Part shown: positions 10,109 through 19,672 of the stretch, piece by piece
Position numbering within the stretch: position 1 is the first letter of the stretch
How the letters are laid out: the number at the start of each line of letters is the position of its first letter
NCBI GenBank assembly: GCA_963841435.1
Contig: CAWJCS010000003.1
Coordinates: 160,001-224,000 of the forward strand
Origin: an uncultured delta proteobacterium
GTDB taxonomy: Bacteria > Myxococcota_A > Polyangia > Polyangiales > Polyangiaceae
Direction of reading: 5' to 3'
Length of the DNA stretch: 64,000 nt
Made by a program: the position numbers and the translations under genes
Notes under the pieces: generated by a model
The model's input: the letters and a program-made list of their open reading frames with translations, nothing else
Database searches by the model: none
Told to the model about the DNA's origin: nothing

Positions 10109-11428
10109 TCAGAGCTTGTTCGCCGCGACGTTGGCGAGCTCGCTGCGCTCGCCTTTGCTGAGCACGATGTGGCCCACCATCGTTTCGCCGCGCAGACGGT
10201 CGGCCGAGACGCTGAGGCCGTTCGTCGACGCGTTGACGTAGGGGTTGTCGATCTGGAAGGGGTCGCCCGTGAGGACGATTTTCGTGCCCTCGCCGCAGCG
10301 TGTGATGACGGTCTTGACCTCGTGGGGGGTGAGGTTTTGCGCCTCGTCCACGATCACGTACTGCTGCGGGAGGCTTCGGCCACGGATGTAGGTCAGCGGC
10401 TCGACCTGGAGCTGCCCGCTCGAAAAGAGATCCTCGTAGCCGCGCGCGCCGCGGCGCCGGCTGCCGCCCGCGACGAACAAGAACTCGAGGTTGTCGTAGA
10501 TGGGCTGCATCCAGGGGTTGAGCTTCTGGTCGAGGTCGCCCGGCAAAAAGCCGATGTCGCGGCCGAGCGGCATCACCGGGCGGCTCACGAGCAGCCGAGC
10601 GAACGCGCCATCCTCGATGGTGCGCTTCACGCCCGCGGCGAGCGCGAGCAGCGTTTTTCCGGTTCCGGCTTTGCCGATCAGCGTGACGAGCCGCACGTTG
10701 TCGTCGAGCAACAGGTCGAGCGCGAAGGCTTGCTCGCGATTGCGCGGCTTGATGCCGACCACGGGGTCACGCGGCATGCGAAGGGCGCGGATCTCGCCCT
10801 TGTCAGCGTGGTAGCGGCCGAGCGCCGTGCGGGGGCGCGCCGCGTTGTCGCGCAGCATGATCGAGAGGTTCGCGTAGAGCCGCGCGTCGGGCGGCGCGGG
10901 CAGCGCCGAGTCCTGGAAGAACTTGTCGAGCTCGGCGTCGCTCACGAAAAGCTCGACGATGCCGGTCTCGAGCCGTTCCGCGTCGACCGATTGATTCTCG
11001 TACGCCTCCGTCGCGAGCCCGAACGCGTCCGCCTGGATGCGGAGGTTCACGTCCATCGTGACGAAGATCACCGTCTTTTCGGGCGATGCGTCGCGCAGTG
11101 CGAGCGTCGTCGAGAGGATCGCGTGGTCGCCCGAGCTCGGGTTCAGCGCGACCGCGAGCTCGGGACGCCGCTCCGGCACGAAGACGCGCAGGGAGCCACC
11201 CTCGCCGATCGGCACGCCGCTGGAGAGCGACGCGCCGCGCTCACGCAACGCATCGAGCAACCGCGTCACGGTGCGCGCGTTCCGACCGCGCTCGTTCGAC
11301 TCCCGCTTGAACTGATCGATCTCCTCGATCACGTAGATCGGCAGGATCAGGTCGTTGTCCTCGAACTTGTAGATGGCGTGGGGGTCGTGGAGAAGGACGT
11401 TCGTATCGAGGACGTAGGTCTTCTTCAT
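10109..11428 (-). CDS. phoH: PhoH-family protein with N-terminal PIN domain (PhoH2/YlaK type)
   Basis: MKKTYVLDTNVLLHDP (PIN); GKAGTGKT, LTYIRGRS, DEAQN, GDPFQID and ERSELA motifs. Confidence 0.93.
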   Translation of the reverse strand: MKKTYVLDTNVLLHDPHAIYKFEDNDLILPIYVIEEIDQFKRESNERGRNARTVTRLLDALRERGASLSSGVPIGEGGSLRVFVPERRPELAVALNPSSGDHAILSTTLALRDASPEKTVIFVTMDVNLRIQADAFGLATEAYENQSVDAERLETGIVELFVSDAELDKFFQDSALPAPPDARLYANLSIMLRDNAARPRTALGRYHADKGEIRALRMPRDPVVGIKPRNREQAFALDLLLDDNVRLVTLIGKAGTGKTLLALAAGVKRTIEDGAFARLLVSRPVMPLGRDIGFLPGDLDQKLNPWMQPIYDNLEFLFVAGGSRRRGARGYEDLFSSGQLQVEPLTYIRGRSLPQQYVIVDEAQNLTPHEVKTVITRCGEGTKIVLTGDPFQIDNPYVNASTNGLSVSADRLRGETMVGHIVLSKGERSELANVAANKL

Positions 11429-11587
11429 CGTTTGTTGCTCGAGCCTCCAGCGCCACTTCCCCGGCGGCGGGGCCGGACGCGGATACCATCCCACCCCCCG
11501 CCGGCAAATGGGAATCGGCGAGCCCTCGCGAGGGCCCGGAACAACGGGCTTTTTCCCCCACGCCCCGGCACGGGCTAAAGTCCCGGC

Positions 11588-13909
11588 ATGGTTCCGCGCG
11601 CCCGAGGCTTCTGGCTGCTTTCCGGCAGTCTCGGGTACGTCGGCGTGGCGGCGTCGCTGCTCGTGAAGGGACCTTTGCCCGGCGTCGTCGCGGCGGCGTT
11701 CGTGCTCGCGCTTCTCGCCCTCCGACGGCGGAGCGGGCGGCTCGGGCCGGATGCCTCCGGCGTGACGCAGGCGGCATGCTTCGGCGTCGCGCTTTTCACG
11801 ATCTCGCGGCTGGGACCGACCGGCAACGCCGCGCTCGAGGCGGCCGCCAACGTGGGCGTCGGGACCACCGCCGTCGCGAGCCTGTTCGCGCTCGCTCGGC
11901 TCGACGGGCCGGGTGGCCTGCTGGCCGCGCCGCGCGCCGCGCGCTCGCTCGACGCCGCGCTCTTGGTGGGCTTCCTGTGGTCGGTCGCGACGGCGCTGCC
12001 CCTCACCTACGCGCTGTTGCCCGGCTATCGCGTGCTCTTCGATCCGCTCGCGATCGACTACGCGACGACCGCCGCCGCCGCCGCAACGCTCTTGCTCTCG
12101 ATCGCCGCGGCGTATCGTCTGCGCGTGTTGCGCCGCTTCGAGCTCGGCGTAGGCGATCGCGCCGCGGGCACGTTGGCCGTGTCGCTCACGGCCTTTGCCG
12201 TGGCGGTCCCCGCGACGGTGCTCGATGTCGCAGCGCCCGATCGCGTTCTGTCGCTCGCCGTGATCGTCGGCGCGTCGGCGATGACCTGGGCGTCGACGAT
12301 CGCGGAGCCGACCACGGTGTCGGCGACGATGCGCGGCGTTTTGGCCGTGACGCTGCTCGGCACGCCGCTCACGCTGTTCGCGTCGCTCTTTGCGCGCGCG
12401 GCGCCGGCCCACACGGGCAGCATCCTGCTGTTCGCGACGGCGGCGGCGATCGGCGTGGGGCTCGTGGCGCGCGCCGTGGCGCGCCCTCTCGGCCCCGAGC
12501 AGTCGCGCTGGCTCACGGCGTTCGACCGGGCCGCGCGCGCCGCGCTCGAGCCCGCTCCCGAGGCGGCGCTGCGCGCGACGCTCCACGCGCTCTCGTACCT
12601 CACGAAGACCCCCACGGCGCGCGCCGAGATCTTTCGCATTCATCCCGCCGAGGTGCTCAGCGTCAACATCGCCGGCTACCTGCACACCGAGCCCGGCGAG
12701 GCGCCGCCGCGCCTCTACGAGCTCGGCTTCGCCGAGCCCGAGCGAACGCTGCGCGCGGACGCGCTCCGCGAGGTCGAGGTGCGGCGACCCGAGGTGCGCG
12801 GACTGCTCGCCTGGTTCGACGCGCGCGACGCCTTCTCGGCGACGATCGTCGTCGACGAGGCCGGGCCGGCCGGCTTCATCCTGCTACCTCGCGCCGGGCG
12901 CTCGTCGCTCTTGACGCTCGAGGAGGCGCGGGCCGTGCGCCTGGTCGCCGACCGCATCAGCGAGCTCATCACGGTGACGTCGGCGCTCGCGCGGGCGCGT
13001 GAGCGCGAGCGCGCCGCGGCGGAGCGCCTCGAGGCCCTCGAGAGCGACCGCTCGCGCCTCGAAGCAGCCGTGAAAGGCGGCGGAGCTCGCCATCGCGCGC
13101 ACGCCGAGCGGCTCGCGGCGCGCGTGCGTGGGTCGGCGTACGCGCCCGTGTCACGGCTCGCGCTCGAGGCGCTCGAGCGCGCCGGCAAGGCAGGCGGCGG
13201 TATCGCGCTCGTCACCCCGCCCGGCGTCGCGGCCGTCGGCTGGGCCGCCCATGCTCACCTCGCGAGCGCGCGCGCCGAAGGGCCGTTCGTGGTCTCCGAC
13301 GCGACGCTCACCGTCGATCGCGCGCCGGAGCGCTACAACGACCCGCTCGTGTCGCCGACGCGGCTCGCCGACGGCGGCACTCTGCTCGTGCTCGACGCGG
13401 ACGCCTTGCCGTACTCCGTGCAGGAGCTCGTCGTGAAGACGCTCGCTGAGCGCGGCGCGTCACGCGAAACGAGCCTGCCGGCGCCGGGGCTCATCGTCAC
13501 GCTGCACGCGCCGCTCGAATCGCTCGCGGCGCTCGGCCGCCTTTCGCCCGTCCTCGCGCGCGCGCTTTCGCACGAGGTCCGCCTGCCCGCCGTCGCCGAG
13601 CGTGCCGAGGATTTGCGCGCGCTCGTGCTCGACGGGCTCGCGCGCGCGAGCCTCACGCTCGGTCGCGAGCCGCTCGGCGTCAACGCACGCGCGCTGCGCC
13701 TGCTCGTCAATCATGGCTGGACCGAGAACGAGGTCGAGCTCGAGGCCGTGCTACTTGCGGTTGCGCGCGTGGCGCGCGCGGCGTCGGTGACGCCCGACGA
13801 CCTCGCCGCCGTCGGTTTTGGCACCCAGCGCCCGCCGCGTCCCGAGCCGACCCCCATGGCACCGACCACGCGCCGTCGAGCACCGCGCCGCTTCGTCCGC
13901 GGTCGCTGA
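11588..13909 (+). CDS. Polytopic membrane protein with a GAF-like region, coiled coil and degenerate sigma54-activator-like AAA domain
   Basis: About 9-10 TM segments, then GPFVVSDA, ADGGTLLVLDADALP, LPAVAERAEDL and HGWTENEVEL. Walker A, GAFTGA and HTH are absent. Confidence 0.72.
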   Translation: MVPRARGFWLLSGSLGYVGVAASLLVKGPLPGVVAAAFVLALLALRRRSGRLGPDASGVTQAACFGVALFTISRLGPTGNAALEAAANVGVGTTAVASLFALARLDGPGGLLAAPRAARSLDAALLVGFLWSVATALPLTYALLPGYRVLFDPLAIDYATTAAAAATLLLSIAAAYRLRVLRRFELGVGDRAAGTLAVSLTAFAVAVPATVLDVAAPDRVLSLAVIVGASAMTWASTIAEPTTVSATMRGVLAVTLLGTPLTLFASLFARAAPAHTGSILLFATAAAIGVGLVARAVARPLGPEQSRWLTAFDRAARAALEPAPEAALRATLHALSYLTKTPTARAEIFRIHPAEVLSVNIAGYLHTEPGEAPPRLYELGFAEPERTLRADALREVEVRRPEVRGLLAWFDARDAFSATIVVDEAGPAGFILLPRAGRSSLLTLEEARAVRLVADRISELITVTSALARARERERAAAERLEALESDRSRLEAAVKGGGARHRAHAERLAARVRGSAYAPVSRLALEALERAGKAGGGIALVTPPGVAAVGWAAHAHLASARAEGPFVVSDATLTVDRAPERYNDPLVSPTRLADGGTLLVLDADALPYSVQELVVKTLAERGASRETSLPAPGLIVTLHAPLESLAALGRLSPVLARALSHEVRLPAVAERAEDLRALVLDGLARASLTLGREPLGVNARALRLLVNHGWTENEVELEAVLLAVARVARAASVTPDDLAAVGFGTQRPPRPEPTPMAPTTRRRAPRRFVRGR

Positions 13910-13985
13910 GCGTGGCGCACGGGACAGTGCCACACAAGGTCGCTCCCCGGGCGTGGGCGTTGTACGCTCCGGGGCTCGGAGAGGC

Positions 13986-16900
13986 ATGACGGTGGACGAC
14001 CCCTTGCTTTCCTCGTCGCCGACGAGCACCCGCCGCCTCGGAGGGCGCTTCGCCATCGAGCGCGAGGTCGGGCGCGGCGGCGTGGGCATCGTCTATCGCG
14101 CCTTCGATCTCGAGACCGAGCGCGTGGTGGCGCTCAAGGTCGTCGCTGCAGAGGCCGGCGTGGCCCCCCTGGAGGAGGCGCGACTCGAGCGCGAGGGGCG
14201 CCTGCTCGCGAACCTCGACCACCCCGGCATCGTCAAGACGGTGGCGTTCGGCGTGCTCGAGGACAGCGGCTTGCCTTACGTGGCGATGGAGTGGCTCGAC
14301 GGCGAAGACCTCGCGGCACGCCAGCGCCGTGCTCCGCTCAACCTCGCGGAATCGCTGGAGCTCACCGACAGCGTCGGCCAGGCGCTCGTTGCCGCGCACG
14401 ACGCGGGCGTCATCCACCGCGACATCAAGCCCGGCAACATCTTCTTGTGTCGCGAGCCCGAGCCACAGGGCCTGCTCGATTGCCAGCCCAAGCTCGTCGA
14501 CTTCGGCGTAGCGGCCAACGCCGACGTCCACATCGGCCGCGCGGGCGACGTCGTGGGGACGCCGGCCTACATGGCGCCCGAGCAGGCGCGCGGCGACGCC
14601 CCGATCGACGTGCGCTGCGACATCTACTCGCTCGGCGCGACGTTGTTCGAGCTGATCGCGGGGCGCCCGCCGCACGTCGGCCCGAACGCCATCGCCACCC
14701 TGGCACGCTTGGTGACGACCGCGCCGCCCCGCCTTTCCGATCTGCGATCCGACGTACCCCTCGCCGTCGACGGGCTCGTCGGCAGCATGCTCGAGACGGA
14801 TCCCAGCGCGCGTCCGAGCAGCATGCGCGAGGTGCTGGAGATGCTCGCCGCTGCTTCGCGTGAAGCGGCGCGCATCTCCTGGACGGACAGTGAGCCCGCG
14901 CGCTCGTCGCGCCTCGGCACGAGCATCACGCGCCTGGTCACCTCGCTCGTCGCCATTCGCTTTCCTAGTGTCTCCGCGCGAGACCGCGCGCTCGAACAGC
15001 TCCGCACGCGTGGCGCCGACGCCGCGCCGATCGGCTCGGACGCCGTGGTCGGACACCTCGGTGCGCGCCGCGCCGTCGGCAGCGAGGCGGCGGTGGCGCT
15101 CGAGCTCGGCCGGCGGCTCGCGCGCGCCGGCGCGCAGGTCGGCATCGCGAGCGGCCGCGCAAGGCTCAGCGTCCGCATGGAAACTGGCGAGCTTCGACCC
15201 GTCGGCGAGGTCGTCGACCGCGCGGCGGCGCTGTCACGCGAGGCCCGGCCCGGCGCCGTGCTCGCCGACGTGACGACGAGCGAGCTCGGCCGCGGCCGCT
15301 ACGAGTTCCTCGCCCGCGACGACGGCTCGGCGGTGGTCGGCGAGGCCATGCAGGGTGGCCGGCGCGGCGAGCGCGCCGGCGGAGCGCCGTTCGTGGGGCG
15401 CGACTCCGAGCTCGCGCAGGTGCTCGGCGCGTTCGAGCGCTCGCGCACGGACGGCACCCCCATCATGGTGAGCATCACGGGCCCTCCCGGTATCGGCAAG
15501 AGCCGGCTGCGGCGCGAGGTGATGGGGCGCATCGCCGCGCAGGCGGACGCGCCGCTCGTCGTTCTCCAGCGCTCGGAAGCGTACGGCCAGGGGCACGCGC
15601 TCGGTGCGGCCGCCGACGTTTTGCGCGCGCTCATCACGCTGCCGAAGGGCGCCACGTCGCGCGAGGCCGAGCAGGCCATCGTGTCGAGGCTCGGCGCGGC
15701 GACGCGCGACGAGCTCACCGCCGCGAACCGCGTGCTGCTCGCGCGCCTGCTCGCCAACGAAGCCCTGCCCGAAGGGCTCGACCCACGCGGCTCGCGCGAC
15801 GCCCTCTGGCTTGCCATGACCGATCTCGTGCTGCAGGTGGCGTCCGATCAGGCGGTCGCCGTGCTCGTCGAAGATCTGCAGTGGGCAGACCCCGAGAGCA
15901 TCGGCTGGCTCGACCACTTGCTCGGCCGCGCGAGCTACAAGCCGCTCACGCTCGTCGCCTGCGTACGCCCCGAGTTCTGGAGCGAGTACCCGGACCGCTT
16001 CACGGGCCGCGATCACCTGCGCATCGAGCTGCGCCCCGTGTCGAAGCGCGCCGCGCGCGCCATCGCGCGTGCCGTGCTCGGCGACGAGATCGGCGAGGAT
16101 GTCGTGGAGCGCATCGCGATGCAGGCGGGCGGCCTGCCCCTGTTCGCCGAGGAGCTCGCGCGCCTCACGGCGGCCGGCCGCGCCACCCACGGCGCACCGA
16201 CGATCCAGGCGGCCATCCAGGCGAGCCTCGACACGCTCGACGAGGAATGCCGCGACGCCCTCGGCCGGCTGAGCGTCTTCGGCCTCACCTGCTGGGACTC
16301 GGCGCTCGACGCGCTCGGCATGCCGGGCGCCGACGGCCTCATGAAGTCGCTCGTCGCCGCCGAGGTGCTCGTCGAGCAGAACGTCTCGCGCTTTCCCGGC
16401 ACGCGTGAGTGGGTGTTCAAGCACGCGCTCGTCCGCGAAGTGGCGTACGCGTCGCTCGGCGACTCGGAGCGCAAGGAGCTGCACGCGCTCGCCGCCCCGT
16501 GGCTCGCGCTCATGGGCGAGGACGCCGCCACGGTAGCGGGTCACTACGACCTGGGCGGCCTGCACGAGATCGCCGCGGATCACTGGGCGCGCGCGGCACG
16601 CCGCGCCCTCTCCGCCAACGCGCTCAAGGACGCGCTCAGCATGGCCGACCGCGCGCTCGCGTTCGCCGAGAACGCGCCGAACGCCTTCCAGCGCGCCTCC
16701 TACCTCGACGAAGCCTGGAGCCGCCTCGACCCGCGCTCGAGCGAACGCGAGACGGCCGTGCAGGCCATGGAGTCGAACGTGTTCGATGCGGGGAGCGCCG
16801 TGCATGCGCGGGGCGCTCGCGCCCGCTACGACGACGCGCGCGGCTCTGGCGAGGAGATCAGCCGGCGCCTCGCGGAAACGCGTGACGAAGCGGCCGCCCT

Positions 16901-17906
16901 CGGCGTTCACGACGAGGAGGCACGCTGCTCGGCGGCGCTCGCGGCGCGCCTCGCGTTCGCGGGAAAGTTCAATGACGCCGAGGCCGAAGCGAAGCGCCTC
17001 CTCGAGCTGTCGCAGCGCGGCATCGCCAGCGCCGCCGTCGACGCCTACCAGACGCTCGCCATCGTACGCCAGACGCAGGGCGCGCTCAGCGCGGCGCTCG
17101 ACGCGCGCCGCAACGCCACGCTCGCAGCCCGCGCCGCGGGGCTGCGCGAGCGCGAGGCCATGTTGATGACCAACCTCGGCTTCGCCCTCACGACGATCGG
17201 CGCGCGGCAGGAGGCGCGCAGCGCCATCGAAACTGGGCTCGCGCTCGCCGACGCCATCGGCAGCGAAGGCGCGCTCCGGCACGCGCGCATGCTGCTGCTC
17301 GGCTGGGCCGGCACGTTCGGCAGCGACAAGCACCTCGACGCGCACCTCGCCGAGGTGCGCGCCAATGCCGACGCGGCCGGCTCGGGCGTCTGGGCGGCGC
17401 CCGATCGCTCGAATCTCGGGCTGCTCTTTTATCGCGGTTGCGAGCACTTGCGCTCGAAGTCGGAAGGTGCCGCGCGGCGAGCGCTCGGCCTCCTTCGCAT
17501 GGCGGCGCAGGCGTACCGCTCCACGGGCAACCGCGACGTGCTCCCGGTCGCCCTCGCCTATTGGTCGGAAGCGGAGCGGCTCTGCGGCAACCTCTCGGCG
17601 GCCGTCGAGCTCGCGCAGGAAGGCGTACTCTTGCTCGAGCAGGGCGCGCCGAGCCTGCTCAACGAATCGGCGGCGTTCCTCGCTCTGCACGACGCGCTCG
17701 TCGACCAGGGCGAGCTAGAAGAAGCTCTCGCCGTCGTACGGCGCGGGATTCCGCCGTTGCAGCGCCGCCTGCAGGGCCTCGTCGGCACGCCCTACGCGCG
17801 ATCGTTCCTCACCGATCTGCCCGCCAACGCACGCCTCATCGCCCTCGCCGAGGACGAGGGGTTCTTACCCGAGACCATCCAGCGCATGCTGGAGCGCACC
17901 GCGTAA
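13986..17906 (+). CDS. Ser/Thr kinase fused to a degenerate cyclase-like domain, STAND/AAA ATPase and helical repeats
   Basis: GRGGVG, VALK, HRDIKPGN, DFG, GTPAYMAPE; FVGRDSEL, GPPGIGKS, VEDLQWAD, GGLPLFAEEL, FKHALVREVAY. Confidence 0.88.
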   Translation: MTVDDPLLSSSPTSTRRLGGRFAIEREVGRGGVGIVYRAFDLETERVVALKVVAAEAGVAPLEEARLEREGRLLANLDHPGIVKTVAFGVLEDSGLPYVAMEWLDGEDLAARQRRAPLNLAESLELTDSVGQALVAAHDAGVIHRDIKPGNIFLCREPEPQGLLDCQPKLVDFGVAANADVHIGRAGDVVGTPAYMAPEQARGDAPIDVRCDIYSLGATLFELIAGRPPHVGPNAIATLARLVTTAPPRLSDLRSDVPLAVDGLVGSMLETDPSARPSSMREVLEMLAAASREAARISWTDSEPARSSRLGTSITRLVTSLVAIRFPSVSARDRALEQLRTRGADAAPIGSDAVVGHLGARRAVGSEAAVALELGRRLARAGAQVGIASGRARLSVRMETGELRPVGEVVDRAAALSREARPGAVLADVTTSELGRGRYEFLARDDGSAVVGEAMQGGRRGERAGGAPFVGRDSELAQVLGAFERSRTDGTPIMVSITGPPGIGKSRLRREVMGRIAAQADAPLVVLQRSEAYGQGHALGAAADVLRALITLPKGATSREAEQAIVSRLGAATRDELTAANRVLLARLLANEALPEGLDPRGSRDALWLAMTDLVLQVASDQAVAVLVEDLQWADPESIGWLDHLLGRASYKPLTLVACVRPEFWSEYPDRFTGRDHLRIELRPVSKRAARAIARAVLGDEIGEDVVERIAMQAGGLPLFAEELARLTAAGRATHGAPTIQAAIQASLDTLDEECRDALGRLSVFGLTCWDSALDALGMPGADGLMKSLVAAEVLVEQNVSRFPGTREWVFKHALVREVAYASLGDSERKELHALAAPWLALMGEDAATVAGHYDLGGLHEIAADHWARAARRALSANALKDALSMADRALAFAENAPNAFQRASYLDEAWSRLDPRSSERETAVQAMESNVFDAGSAVHARGARARYDDARGSGEEISRRLAETRDEAAALGVHDEEARCSAALAARLAFAGKFNDAEAEAKRLLELSQRGIASAAVDAYQTLAIVRQTQGALSAALDARRNATLAARAAGLREREAMLMTNLGFALTTIGARQEARSAIETGLALADAIGSEGALRHARMLLLGWAGTFGSDKHLDAHLAEVRANADAAGSGVWAAPDRSNLGLLFYRGCEHLRSKSEGAARRALGLLRMAAQAYRSTGNRDVLPVALAYWSEAERLCGNLSAAVELAQEGVLLLEQGAPSLLNESAAFLALHDALVDQGELEEALAVVRRGIPPLQRRLQGLVGTPYARSFLTDLPANARLIALAEDEGFLPETIQRMLERTA

Positions 17907-18012
17907 GTCACCCGGGCGGGGCGCCGGCCCGAAGGGCGCGGCGGGCGCCGGGTTCGCGGCCGTCCCGAGCGACGTTGGCTGCCGCCGATCAGCGCCGAAA
18001 TCACGGGCGATC

Positions 18013-18027
18013 TGGCACAGTGTGCCA
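18013..18027. promoter_or_regulatory. Perfect palindrome, candidate activator-binding site
   Basis: TGGCACA-G-TGTGCCA, about 55-70 bp upstream of a sigma54-like promoter, with an AT-rich tract between. Confidence 0.5.
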
Positions 18028-18081
18028 CCGAGGGCGAGCTGGATTATAATGTAATTTCGACCAGTTGCGCCCTTCGCCCCG

Positions 18082-18097
18082 TGGCACGCGGCCTGCA
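18082..18097 (+). promoter_or_regulatory. sigma54 promoter candidate
   Basis: TGGCACG-CGGC-CTGCA, correct GG/GC spacing, 12 nt before ATG 18110. Confidence 0.6.
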
Positions 18098-18109
18098 CTG
18101 CGAGCTCCC

Positions 18110-18955
18110 ATGAAGCCAACGGACCTCACACGCCTCACCGTCATCGGCACGCTCCTCGTCGCGGGCTGTGGCGGGACCTCGTTCACCACCGAAGACGCAC
18201 AGGGCGGCAGCAGCGGGTCGGGGGGAAGCGGCGCGAGCGGCGGGAGCCAGGCGACCGGCGGCAGCGGAGGGTCCACCGGTGGCACGAGCGGCTCGGGCAC
18301 GGGCGGCTCCGGGGCGACCGGCGGTTTTGGCACGGGCGGCAGCGGCGGCGCCGCGGGCGGCGGCGGCGCTCTCGGCGGCAGCAGCGGCTCGGCGGGAGCC
18401 GCCGGCAGCTCGGGGGCCGGCGGCAGCTCCGGCGGCCAGTCGGGAGCGGGCGGCGATGCGGGAGGCGGCGCGGGCGGCGTGAGTGGCGGCGCGGGCGACG
18501 CCGGGGCAGGCGGCTGCGGTCCGTGCCCCTTCGTCGCTTGTTTGCCGCCGGTCTACGCGTTCGTCACGCCGAGCGCCGACGCGCAGGCGCGCCCCATCCG
18601 GGATCTGCACGTCGAGTCGCCGAACCTCGACGTCCATTGCACCCCGCTCGGCGGCTCCCCGTGCCAGTGGACGTGCATGGAGGCGACGTACGTCGCTCCG
18701 GGCGGAGACTACGAGATGACGTTCTCCGCCCCGGGCTTCGAATCTCAAACGGTGACGTTTTCCGTGACCGAGCCCGGCCTTTGCGGCTGCTGCGCCTGCG
18801 GGTGTCCGACGGGCTACCAGGGCACGATCGAGCTCAAGGCAAACGACGAAGAGCCTGGGGCCTGCTGCGCCGACACCGCGACGGATCCGACCAACTGCGG
18901 TAGCTGCGGCAATGACTGCAACGGCGCGGCCTGCACGAACGGCACCTGCGGCTGA
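18110..18955 (+). CDS. Gly-linker, Cys-rich lipoprotein (cassette 1)
   Basis: Lipobox VAGC, about 110-aa Gly/Ser linker, Cys-rich C-terminus including TDPTNCGSCGNDC. Confidence 0.8.
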   Translation: MKPTDLTRLTVIGTLLVAGCGGTSFTTEDAQGGSSGSGGSGASGGSQATGGSGGSTGGTSGSGTGGSGATGGFGTGGSGGAAGGGGALGGSSGSAGAAGSSGAGGSSGGQSGAGGDAGGGAGGVSGGAGDAGAGGCGPCPFVACLPPVYAFVTPSADAQARPIRDLHVESPNLDVHCTPLGGSPCQWTCMEATYVAPGGDYEMTFSAPGFESQTVTFSVTEPGLCGCCACGCPTGYQGTIELKANDEEPGACCADTATDPTNCGSCGNDCNGAACTNGTCG

Positions 18956-19027
18956 CCCACGCCGCCGCCCGTCGCAAAACGAGCGGGCGATGGTCCGTTT
19001 CGGCGGCCCGGGGTACGAAATGAAGTC

Positions 19028-19672
19028 ATGCTGCGCCTGCTGAAAGGCCCCACGCGGGCCCCCAGCGCCCCAGAGCAGGGCGGCCCCGTCGACCCGCTCT
19101 GGTCGCTCGCGCGGGCGGCGGCGGCCGGCGACGCCCGGGCCCAGCGCACCCTGCTCGCGACGCTCGGGCCCGCGCTGCTCGGCGCCGTGCGCGGAGTGCT
19201 CGGCGGCGGCCACCCGGACGTCGAGGACGTGCTTCAGGAAGCGATGACCGCGCTCCACCGCGCACTGCCGGGATTCCGCGGCGAGTCGCGCACCGTGCAT
19301 TTTGCCTGTCGGGTCGCCGTGCAGACGGCGCTGAACGCTCGGCGGCGCCACGGCTACCGCGCACGGCTCACGCCGAGCATGGCGCCCGAAGCGCTCGCGG
19401 AGCTCGCGAGCGACGAGCGCTCGCCCGCCGACGCGCGCCAGGCAGCCGAGCGCCGCACGGCGCTGCGTGCCCTGCTCGACGAGCTGCCGGAGGCGCAGGC
19501 GGAAGCGCTCGCGCTGCACATCGTGCTCGGCTACTCGGTCGACGAGACGGCGAGCGTCACGGGCTCACCGCGCGACACGGTACGCAGTCGCTTGCGTGCA
19601 GCGCTCGGGGCGCTCCGGCGGCGCGTCGAGGGCGACCGGCGCCTCTACGAAATTCTCGGGGGTCGCGCGTGA
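19028..19672 (+). CDS. ECF RNA polymerase sigma factor (cassette 1)
   Basis: Region 2 DVEDVLQEA...FRGES...FACRVA; region 4 LPEAQAEALAL...GYSVDETA...TVRSRL. Confidence 0.9.
   Translation: MLRLLKGPTRAPSAPEQGGPVDPLWSLARAAAAGDARAQRTLLATLGPALLGAVRGVLGGGHPDVEDVLQEAMTALHRALPGFRGESRTVHFACRVAVQTALNARRRHGYRARLTPSMAPEALAELASDERSPADARQAAERRTALRALLDELPEAQAEALALHIVLGYSVDETASVTGSPRDTVRSRLRAALGALRRRVEGDRRLYEILGGRA

Noticed and set aside
11429-12685. Long N-terminal extension of the 858-aa PhoH ORF
   Set aside because: Antisense shadow of the membrane-protein gene; the PIN domain starts at MKKTYVLD (11428).
15234-17690. Long antisense ORFs (also 23997-25802, 25781-27883, 28452-29558, 38380-40818, 54492-56774)
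   Set aside because: Stop-poor shadow frames expected in high-GC DNA, lying opposite well-supported genes.
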